Shown here in pieces: positions 1 through 7,910 of a stretch of DNA of 64,000 nt. Numbering within the stretch: position 1 is the first letter of the stretch; each line of letters opens with the position of its first letter. Source of the stretch: Chlorobiota bacterium (GTDB lineage: Bacteria; Bacteroidota; Ignavibacteria; Tepidaquicellales; OLB5); the NCBI GenBank assembly GCA_022616535.1, contig JAKEEM010000010.1:21769-85768 (forward strand), in the 5' to 3' direction. The position numbers were made by a program, and so were the translations under genes. Below the pieces are notes generated by a model. It saw only the letters and a list, made by a program, of their open reading frames with translations. It searched no databases and had not been told where the DNA came from.

Positions 1-1
1 T

Positions 2-283
2 GAGCTTTTTCCGTTTTCGGTTTTATACGCGATGGCACAGGGTATTGCTGTTGTTGCAGCAAAGGCAGGGGACATTCATCAAATGGTAAAAGACGGTATT
101 AACGGTTATCTTGTAACAGAGAAATCACCATACCAGATTTCCGAAAAACTAATGATTTTAATTAATAATCGCGAGATAAGAACCAAAATGGGTGGGGCGG
201 GACTAAAAATGCTAGCCCGGAATTTTACAGAGGCTCAAATGATTAGGCAAATTGAGGAGGTTTATAAAATGGCCATAAAATAG
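2..283 (+). CDS. glycosyltransferase (GT4-like), C-terminal fragment; 5' end lies outside the window
   Basis: Frame is open from the window edge (ELFPFSVLYAMAQGIAVVAAKAGDI..DGINGYLV), resembling the C-terminal donor-binding half of GT4 enzymes. Stop TAG at 281-283. Confidence 0.65.
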   Translation, partial: ELFPFSVLYAMAQGIAVVAAKAGDIHQMVKDGINGYLVTEKSPYQISEKLMILINNREIRTKMGGAGLKMLARNFTEAQMIRQIEEVYKMAIK

Positions 284-405
284 TGTAAATACTTTAAATC
301 AGGGGATTTTTATTTTTTATTTGAAACATTATTTTATTATTTTTGTATAACTCATTATTAAACAATTAATTTTATTTAATTACAATACAGGAAAGGGTCA
401 AAAAA

Positions 406-810
406 ATGAACAAATTTAAGTTTCTTTTTTCAGCAGTTGTTTTATTCATTGTTTTAGGCTTTACTGCCTCCCTCAAAGCGCAGAACGGTCCCGCAATGTA
501 CTTCTGCGAAAAATACGGCTCAAGCGGCGAGCAGTCAATAAGCGACAGGTTCTATACCGGTCCCTTCACAGTTATGGTGAAGTGCGATTATGCTTTGGGT
601 TTAAGGGATGTAGTCATTCAGTTCGATAAATACAACGGCTACAGCTTTGATTACTTTAAAAAGGTCGATTTCGACGTAACGCCTGATATGAAATATATTT
701 ATTTCGAATCAAGCGATTTGAGAATTGAATCGCCCGGAATCTACAGATGCTTTTTGCTTGACAGCAAAAGAAATACCGTTGCCAGCGCTTTGGTTGAATT
801 TATAAGGTAG
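406..810 (+). CDS. small secreted protein of unknown function (YFCEKY domain), paralogue of 14736-15143
   Basis: N-terminal signal peptide (MNKFKFLFSAVVLFIVLGFTASLKAQ). Alignable by eye with the 14736-15143 product (YFCE[KR]Y, TVM[VL]K, YI[YH]F, AS..VE.I). Confidence 0.7.
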   Translation: MNKFKFLFSAVVLFIVLGFTASLKAQNGPAMYFCEKYGSSGEQSISDRFYTGPFTVMVKCDYALGLRDVVIQFDKYNGYSFDYFKKVDFDVTPDMKYIYFESSDLRIESPGIYRCFLLDSKRNTVASALVEFIR

Positions 811-827
811 TATGCCTCACCCCCTAA

Positions 828-848
828 CCCCTCTCCAAAGGAGAGGGG
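828..848 (+). terminator. GC-rich hairpin, possible terminator or REP-like element
   Basis: CCCCTCTCC AAA GGAGAGGGG: perfect 9-bp stem with a 3-nt loop, 18 nt after the stop of 406-810. No T-run follows, so terminator function is uncertain. Confidence 0.4.
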
Positions 849-862
849 AATTGGGAAAACCC

Positions 863-937
863 TTATTTAATTAGAATCATTTTTTTAGTCATAGTAAATT
901 CTTCGGTAAAAAGCTTATAAAAATAAACACCGTCCTT
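863..937 (-). other. orphan fragment encoding a T9SS C-terminal-domain tail (gene remnant)
   Basis: Minus-strand frame reads KDGVYFYKLFTEEFTMTKKMILIK*, with an in-frame stop (938-940) immediately upstream. The tail signature matches the three intact T9SS cargo genes in this window. Confidence 0.5.
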
Positions 938-968
938 CTAAAGCGGATTTCGGCTTCGCCTCGACTTG

Positions 969-1022
969 CTACTTAATCAATATCATCTTCTTTGTATCTG
1001 TATAATTACTTGCTTCGATTTT
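969..1022 (-). other. second orphan T9SS C-terminal tail fragment
   Basis: Minus-strand frame reads KIEASNYTDTKKMILIK*. It abuts REP copy 1025-1053 and has no body of a gene upstream. Confidence 0.4.
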
Positions 1023-1024
1023 AC

Positions 1025-1053
1025 GGTACGACAGGCATTCTTGTCTGTCGATC
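1025..1053 (+). repeat. REP copy 1
   Basis: GGTACGACAGGCATTCTTGTCTGTCGATC. Stem CGACAGGCA/TGTCTGTCG (one G-T pair), loop TTCT. Overlaps the RAYT stop codon. Confidence 0.85.
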
Positions 1054-1516
1054 AATATTTTAACGCTTCTTCGTTAAGGTACCATCCGTGATAATGTTCA
1101 GTATCTTCACTGAGACCGCTTTTTATTGGATTATTAAACATATATGTTAGTTTTTCCATAAACTCATCGTAATCCCTAACTATTCTATCATACGATTCTT
1201 CAAGCCATATAGATCCTCTGTTATTTCTTAAACTGTTGATTTTATTTGCTGAAACTCCTTTTATACCCTTCATTATTCTACTTAATGAATATTCTTCATT
1301 TGGCTTCAACAACAAATGCACGTGGGTGGGCATAACAATAACTGCATAAAGAAGATAAAACTTGTTATTGGCTTCCTTTATATGTTCTAAAACTAATTTT
1401 TGTTCTTCAATTGTTAATCTGGTCGTTGCACAAGTGAATGTGATAAAATACACAGAACCATCCAAGGTCCAGTGTGGTAAATGTCTGCATAATATTTTTA
1501 TTTCAGGTTCCTTCAT
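1052..1516 (-). CDS. REP-associated tyrosine transposase (RAYT; IS200-like Y1 transposase family)
   Basis: HUH motif in VMPTHVHLLLKP. C-terminal LTYMFNNPIKSGL resembles the catalytic-Tyr YxxxNP region. Length of 154 aa is typical, and the ORF is flanked by REPs. Confidence 0.85.
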   Translation of the reverse strand: MKEPEIKILCRHLPHWTLDGSVYFITFTCATTRLTIEEQKLVLEHIKEANNKFYLLYAVIVMPTHVHLLLKPNEEYSLSRIMKGIKGVSANKINSLRNNRGSIWLEESYDRIVRDYDEFMEKLTYMFNNPIKSGLSEDTEHYHGWYLNEEALKY

Positions 1517-1522
1517 TTATTC

Positions 1523-1550
1523 CGGGACAGACAGGAATGTCTGTCCTACC
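1523..1550 (-). repeat. REP copy 2 (inverted orientation)
   Basis: Reverse complement GGTAGGACAGACATTCCTGTCTGTCCCG aligns with copies 1 and 3. Perfect 9-bp stem GGACAGACA/TGTCTGTCC with a 4-nt loop. Lies 7 nt upstream of the RAYT ATG. Confidence 0.8.
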
Positions 1551-1561
1551 TTTTTGGACCT

Positions 1562-1590
1562 GGTACGACAGACATTCTTGTCTGTCGATT
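1562..1590 (+). repeat. REP copy 3
   Basis: GGTACGACAGACATTCTTGTCTGTCGATT. Perfect 9-bp stem with loop TTCT. Its last base is the first base (plus strand) of the recG stop triplet. Confidence 0.85.
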
Positions 1591-3680
1591 TAAGCTACTT
1601 TAATCAGGCTCATCGAATCCCTGTAATTAATCAAAAAATGTTCCCTTATGTTCTGATTTTCGGTTTTTCGAAGCTGAGGGTCTTCTTCAACAAGCTTAAA
1701 AGCGGAGTTTCTTGCTTTCTCGATTAATATCATATCTTTTGATAAATCCGCAGCGGAAAATTTAAGCTCGCCCGATTGCCTCGTCCCGAAAAACTCACCC
1801 GGACCCCTGAGCTTCATATCGGTTTCGGCGATTTTGAAGCCGTCGGTAGTCTCAGCAATTACATCAAGCCGCTCTTTTGAAACATCACCCAGCTTTTCAG
1901 CCATTAATATGCAGTAAGACTGCTCCGCTCCTCGTCCAACCCTGCCTCTTAGCTGGTGTAACTGCGATAAGCCGAAGCGCTGAGCTTCCTCAATCAGCAT
2001 AATCGATGCATTGGGTATATCAATACCGACTTCAATTACGGTCGTAGTAACAAGTATGTCGAGCTTTTTGTTTTTAAACGCTTCGATAGCATCATCGATT
2101 TCATACCAGAATAGTCTGCCGTGAACAAGCCCGACTCTTAAATCATTAAAAACATTTTTCCGCAATATATCGTAATGCTCAACTGCTGATTTTAAATCCA
2201 TTTTCTCCGATTCATCAATAATCGGATAAACAATATACGCCTGCCTCCCCTTTTTTATTTCATCTCGGATAAAACCATAAACTTTAAGGCGGTCTTCCTC
2301 AAATCTTAAAGCGGTTTTGACGGGTTTTCTGTTTTTAGGCAGCTCGTCGATTACCGATACATCCAAATCCCCGTAAACAGTAAGCGATAATGTTCTTGGT
2401 ATTGGAGTTGCGGTCATAACCAATACATCCGGATTGAATCCCTTTGCTCTAAGCTTTGCCCTTTGCATTACTCCGAACTTGTGCTGTTCATCAATTACAA
2501 CAAAGCCGAGATTTTTAAATTCAACTGTTTCCTGAATCAAAGCGTGAGTGCCGACGACCACCTGTGCGGTTCCGTTTTTAATCTCGCTCAAAATTTCATC
2601 CCTCAGCTTTTTCTTTTGCCCCCCCACAAGTATGACTGATTTAATATTAAGAGCATCAAAATACTGCTTTAAGGTTTTGTAGTGCTGTTCGGCTAAAATC
2701 TCGGTTGGGCACATAAAGGCACACTGGTAAAAGTTTTCAATGGCAATCAGCATACAAAAAACAGCAACAATGGTTTTGCCGCTGCCCACATCACCCTGAA
2801 GAAGACGGTTCATCGGCTTAAGTGACTTCATATCGGAATATATCTCCTTAATCACTCGTTTTTGGGCACTCGTCAGCTCAAATCCAAGCAGTTCGTTAAA
2901 CAGTTTTTCAAGCTTATCACCTTTGTTTTGGAACGAAATGCCCTTTTCTTCGCTTTCAATTGATTTTCTTCTCAGCGCCATTACCAGCTGCAGAAAAAAC
3001 AGCTCCTCAAATGCTAGAGTTTGCCTTGCAAACTCAATGTCTTCCTCCCTTCGAGGGTAATGGGTCCTTAAAACCGCCTGCTTATGCTCAAGCAGGTTAT
3101 TTGATTTAACTATATCTTCGGCTAGCACTTCATTAATTAATTGTGAGTGATTCCGAACAGCGTTAAATATAATTTTGGTTAGAGTTAAAGGCTTAACCCA
3201 TGTTTTTTTCAGCTCACTGGAAAGTATGTAAATTGGAATTAACGGAAATTTCAAAAGCTCTTCATCGGTGTCTTCGAATTTTTTATGGTCTCTTATATCA
3301 AGCTGTGTTCTTCTGTCATAGGGATTAATGCTAACCTTTGCCCAGAATAAATACTTATCCCCTACCTTAAACTGTCTTTCCCTGTAAAAAGTATTTCCCC
3401 AGATAAGCGATTCAACGCTTGCAGTTCCGTCGAAAATTGCAATTCGCGTCGGGTGGTTCGGTCTTCTCGGCATCATTTTATCGATAATTTTACCGCATAT
3501 AATTACATTTTTATCGTGATGGTTGGGAAGGTTCCTGATGGAAGTGTTTATTAAATAATCACGCGGATAGACCGAAAACAAATCGTTTACGAACTGAAGT
3601 CCAAGCTTTTTGAATGCCTCAGCTCGTTTCGGTCCGACACCTTTTAAGTATAATATTTCGGGTTTTCTTGACTTTTGCAA
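1590..3680 (-). CDS. recG: ATP-dependent DNA helicase RecG
   Basis: 696 aa. Walker A GDVGSGKT, DEQH box (VIDEQHKFG), N-terminal wedge/OB region and the TRG-like C-terminus (RGPGEFFGTRQSG). Confidence 0.95.
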   Translation of the reverse strand: MQKSRKPEILYLKGVGPKRAEAFKKLGLQFVNDLFSVYPRDYLINTSIRNLPNHHDKNVIICGKIIDKMMPRRPNHPTRIAIFDGTASVESLIWGNTFYRERQFKVGDKYLFWAKVSINPYDRRTQLDIRDHKKFEDTDEELLKFPLIPIYILSSELKKTWVKPLTLTKIIFNAVRNHSQLINEVLAEDIVKSNNLLEHKQAVLRTHYPRREEDIEFARQTLAFEELFFLQLVMALRRKSIESEEKGISFQNKGDKLEKLFNELLGFELTSAQKRVIKEIYSDMKSLKPMNRLLQGDVGSGKTIVAVFCMLIAIENFYQCAFMCPTEILAEQHYKTLKQYFDALNIKSVILVGGQKKKLRDEILSEIKNGTAQVVVGTHALIQETVEFKNLGFVVIDEQHKFGVMQRAKLRAKGFNPDVLVMTATPIPRTLSLTVYGDLDVSVIDELPKNRKPVKTALRFEEDRLKVYGFIRDEIKKGRQAYIVYPIIDESEKMDLKSAVEHYDILRKNVFNDLRVGLVHGRLFWYEIDDAIEAFKNKKLDILVTTTVIEVGIDIPNASIMLIEEAQRFGLSQLHQLRGRVGRGAEQSYCILMAEKLGDVSKERLDVIAETTDGFKIAETDMKLRGPGEFFGTRQSGELKFSAADLSKDMILIEKARNSAFKLVEEDPQLRKTENQNIREHFLINYRDSMSLIKVA

Positions 3681-3800
3681 ACGGCTATAATGTTACAAAT
3701 ATAGCTAAATTCAAACGGGATTTCAGCAGTTTATATGTGAAACAAAATTGCGTTTTATTGAATTAAATAAATAAGTAATCTTATTCTTTAAGGAAGCTTA

Positions 3801-5075
3801 ATGCGGAAAATACTTATTACATTTATGTTTATAGCCCTTTCAAGCGTTTATTCACATCTTTATTCACAGCAAAAGCTTTTGATTCCAATGGAGGTGAACA
3901 CACAGACCGATCATCTTAAAGCATATGGAATTGCCTACAGGCATTTGCTTGGAGGCAAGGAACTTGATTGGCTCTTAAATTACCGAGGCGGTGCTTTTAT
4001 GTTCGATTATTCAGACGAGCTTGATTCCGAATGCCGGGCAAAAGGTGTTAGTTTTGAGCTGCTAAGCGGTACACAGGCAGCGCAGGTTTACGCAGAAGTT
4101 CAGGATGAAAAAAATAATATGGATGTTGTGCGGCTTGAAAAAGTCGCAAAGATTGCAGTCTACGTTCCGCCTAATGCTTTACCATGGGATGATGCAGTTC
4201 AGCTTGCGCTTGATTACGTCGAAATTCCCTATGATAAAGTTTGGGACGAGGAAGTTCTCCAGGGAAAGCTTAAGGATTATGACTGGCTTCATCTTCACCA
4301 CGAGGATTTTACAGGCCAGTACGGGAAATTTTTCGCTGCATTCGGCTCTTCACCTTGGTATATAATCCAAAAGCAGACAAATGAAGAGATGGCTAAAAAG
4401 CTTGGCTTCGAGAAAGTCTCACAGCTTAAGCTTGCCGTTGTTAAGAAGCTTAAGGAATATGTTCAAAGCGGCGGATTTATGTTTACAATGTGTTCGGGCA
4501 CGACAACTCCCGATATTGCGCTCGCTGTTCAATATACGGATATTTGCGATGCGATGTACGACGGTGACCCGCTTGACCCCGCAGCAAACGATAAGCTCGA
4601 TTATTCAGAATGCATTGCGTTTCAGAATTTTAAAATCCAGCTCAATCCCTACGTTTATGAGTATTCCGATATGGATATAACCGATAATGAAATTATGGCA
4701 GGACCTTATAATGACTATTTCACTCTGTTTGATTTTTCGGCAAAGATTGACCCTGTTCCTTCAATGCTTACACAATGCCATACAGCGGTCATTAAAGGAT
4801 TTCTGGGGCAGGAATCAGGATTTAAGGAGGAATTTGTTAAGCCGGGCATAACCCTTCTTGCCAAAAATAACGGTACAAACTGGGTAAGATATATACACGG
4901 AAACATTGGAAGAGGAACATTTACACTTTACGGCGGGCATGACCCCGAAGATTACCAGCATGCTGTCGGTGACCCGAAAACCGATTTAAGTCTCTATAAA
5001 AATTCACCCGGCTACCGGTTAATTTTAAACAATGTTTTATTCCCCGCCGCCAAAAAGAAAAAGCTAAAAACTTAA
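3801..5075 (+). CDS. conserved secreted protein of unknown function
   Basis: Signal peptide MRKILITFMFIALSSVYSHLYSQ. Motifs NTQTDHLKAYGIAY and DWLHLHHEDFTGQ. From memory this family is often annotated 'asparagine synthetase B' in Bacteroidota without support. No catalytic assignment is possible here. Confidence 0.6.
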   Translation: MRKILITFMFIALSSVYSHLYSQQKLLIPMEVNTQTDHLKAYGIAYRHLLGGKELDWLLNYRGGAFMFDYSDELDSECRAKGVSFELLSGTQAAQVYAEVQDEKNNMDVVRLEKVAKIAVYVPPNALPWDDAVQLALDYVEIPYDKVWDEEVLQGKLKDYDWLHLHHEDFTGQYGKFFAAFGSSPWYIIQKQTNEEMAKKLGFEKVSQLKLAVVKKLKEYVQSGGFMFTMCSGTTTPDIALAVQYTDICDAMYDGDPLDPAANDKLDYSECIAFQNFKIQLNPYVYEYSDMDITDNEIMAGPYNDYFTLFDFSAKIDPVPSMLTQCHTAVIKGFLGQESGFKEEFVKPGITLLAKNNGTNWVRYIHGNIGRGTFTLYGGHDPEDYQHAVGDPKTDLSLYKNSPGYRLILNNVLFPAAKKKKLKT

Positions 5076-5097
5076 GTTGTGATTTATAATAATTATA

Positions 5098-7910
5098 TTA
5101 ATCCCTGTAGCAAATTGATTTATAATCACAGTACTTGCACCTTTCGATTTCATCAGTCTGTGTAAATGGTGTAGCCGAATCGAAAATTTTTTCAAGAAGA
5201 CCTTTCAATTTATTTTCAAAAAGCAGGGTTTTTTCCTTCACAATGGGTTCTTCCTCAAACCAGTAAATACCAGATGACAGGTCCCGAATTGGATAAACTC
5301 CGATAACTAAATCCTTGTCATCCCCGGAATCCAGATAAACAAAGGCGTAAAAAAGCTGCTGGAAATGCTCCTTGTAATCGATGTCTTCAAAAATTCTGTC
5401 CATATGTTCTTCCATGGTTTCCTTTGCCTGCTGTTTGGGTTTTTTAAGCTGACCTGTTTTGTAATCGATAATTCTTAATACCCCGTCTTTTTCCTCAATC
5501 CTGTCCAGCCTGCCAAGCAGCTTTACTTTAAGGGGCTCGCCCTTTAAATTAATTTCCAGCTCTTTTGAAAGATTGTTTTCAAGCGAAATTATTGTAAATG
5601 GTGCTTCATTAATATCATTATCAAGAATTTTATCAATTAGCTTTTTGATAACATTTTTATACAGCAAATTCTTGCCCTGCAGGCTCGCTTTAAACTCTTC
5701 CAGCTCCGGTATTAAACGGCAGGCATTCTCCCAAATCCGCAGATGATATTTTTATCCACGGCTTTGCCTTTATAATCGGTGTAGAGCAGCTCTGTAATTT
5801 TGTGAAGAATGTTCCCGAATCCTGCGCCGGTGAGGTATTCATCAACACTTTCTTCTTCCTTGAGCTTTGCAATAGTTCTTAAGTAAAACTGAAGAGGGCA
5901 GTTTATATAATTTATTAATCTTGAAACCGATATATGTTCAAGCTTTTTAAGCGATTCAATGATATCGGAGGATTTACTTACCGTTATTTTTTTTCTTTTG
6001 GGTAAAGAGGCATCGCTTTGCAGTATGAGATTTTCGAGCTTGATGCTGGGATTTTCCTCTGCGAGCTCTTTTTCAATTTGCATTAAGAAGCGGCTTTTTT
6101 CGCCGGCAAGTATTTCACCGGGTTCCGTATTGTAAATCAAACAAATATTTTTTGCCCGCTGAATAAGCCTGTAGAAATAATATGCATAGGTTGAATCATC
6201 GTCCTCGTAAGTCGGAAGCTTGAAAGCCTTGCGGAGATTATAAGGTATAAATGAGCTTTGCGAGTTCCCTCTCGGCATAATATCCTCATTCATTGAAAGA
6301 ATATACACGTTATCGAAGTCAAGCAAACGAGTCTCAAGAAGCCCCATAATCTGCATTCCTTTCAGAGGTTCACCTGTGAAGGGGATTTTGTCAAGGGCAA
6401 GAACTTCACAAATCATTTTCCAAAAGGTATCTATCTCGATTTTCGGACTGTATTTGCCCAGAATATCATTCAAGCGGTTAAGCTCGGTATAAAGCGAGAA
6501 TAAATATTCCGCCTCAAATTTCGATGCATTCCGGTTTGCATCAAATTTTTGTGATATCAATTCAACCATTTTATAAAGGTAATTCAGAGATTCCTTAACA
6601 GTATCAGGAGCTGAAAATATTTCTGAGATTAATTCAGGAACTATTTCAAATGCACTTATAATTTTTTCACGCGAAATGTAGACTATATTCCTTTTTTTTA
6701 TTTCGTTTACAAGGCGGTATATTCCGCCTGCAGCGAGAAATTTAATATAAGGGTGAATCAGGATTTGAATTACATCCTTGTGATAAAAAGCCGGCTGTTT
6801 TGCAGTGACTTTTTTGTTTTTCTGCAGGCTCTTTAGCAGATGTAAAAGTGTGTAAATTGATGAATTTTTAACCGGAAATCCCATTGTAATGTTGAACGAA
6901 TCGATATTTTCAGGGATTGAAAGCAAAACCGGAAGCAACAGGTTTTCATACGGCAAAACTACCGCTGATTTGGATATTTCACCCGGTTTCAGGTTCTTCA
7001 GTTCGTTTCCAAGCACTTTTGCCTGTGTAATCTGCAGCGGCGCACCGATAATTTTAATATTTTTTTTTCCTTTGCTTAATTCATCGATTGTCCATTTTGG
7101 CTTTTCAAGATTTAAACTCAAAAAGTTCTCCCGCAGGAAATGTCCCCCCTCCTGAAGCTCGCTTTTTAAATAATATTCATCAGCATCCCAATAAGTCTCA
7201 GCCCTGTTCTCTTTGAGAAGCTCCTCGATTATGCCTTCTTCCGCTTTTGTAAGCAGGTTGAATCCCGCAAAAATTATTTTTTTCCATTTAAATTTTATTT
7301 CACCCGTTCTTATTAGCTCATAAATCCTTCTGTAAGCCATCCCTTCATAAGCAATGCTCTTTTCTAGCAGGGTTTTTCTGAATTTGTGGTAAACTTTCCC
7401 TATGATTTCCCACGTCCTAATGAATTCATTATGCACCATGCTGAGCTTCCTGCTTGAAAATGAGTCCCAGAATTTGTTGAATTCCTCGATATCGGAAACT
7501 TTGAACTCAAATTCGCCTTCAATTTTTCTGTGTTCGCGCAGAATTTTGAACAGGTGTTCTGATTCAGCAAGATTTTTATCGATTTCATCAAAATCATTCA
7601 GCAGCATAACCCCCCACGGGTAGAATTTATCGAAGGAAGTATAATCAGGGTCACCCGACCGCCTGTAAATTTCATACAGCTCGAAAATCAAAGTCAGCCT
7701 GTCTGAAATTTGGTAAGGAGAAAGCTCTGCAATAAAATCCTGAATTCCCAAGACCTGGGGTGACCAGACCGGCTTATCAAGCAATTCAGCAAGATATTTT
7801 TTAAAATAAATTCCGGCTCTGCGTGAAGGAAATACAATACAGATTCGGGAAATATCATTTCCGTATTTTGCAAGCAGCTCTTCCGAAAGCTTTTTTAAAA
7901 ACGGTGTCAT
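5098..7910 (-). pseudogene. AddB-like PD-(D/E)XK nuclease/inactive-helicase subunit, interrupted by a frameshift as assembled
   Basis: The 732-aa ORF (5712-7910) and the 189-aa ORF (5098-5667) are consecutive parts of one protein. The C-terminal piece has IIDYKTG and the CxxCx5C cluster CKYCDYKSIC. One extra A in the A5 run (plus-strand T5 at 5749-5753) fuses them as ...GKAVDKKYHLRIWENACRLIPELEEF... Confidence 0.8.

Larger units (their letters stand above)
1025..1590 (-). mobile_element. REPtron: RAYT gene plus flanking REP hairpins
   Basis: A Y1/HUH transposase ORF is bracketed by three copies of one 29-nt palindromic element; see the individual features. Confidence 0.8.

Noticed and set aside
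1362-1727. 121-aa plus-strand ORF spanning the RAYT 5' end, two REP copies and the recG 3' end.
   Set aside because: It reads through palindromic REPs and two real genes on the opposite strand, so it is an artefact of open frames.
5690-5872. 60-aa minus-strand ORF in the third frame at the AddB-like frameshift site.
   Set aside because: It is the frame obtained by the wrong-direction shift. Its sequence (…KISSADLGECLPFNTGAGRV) continues neither AddB segment.
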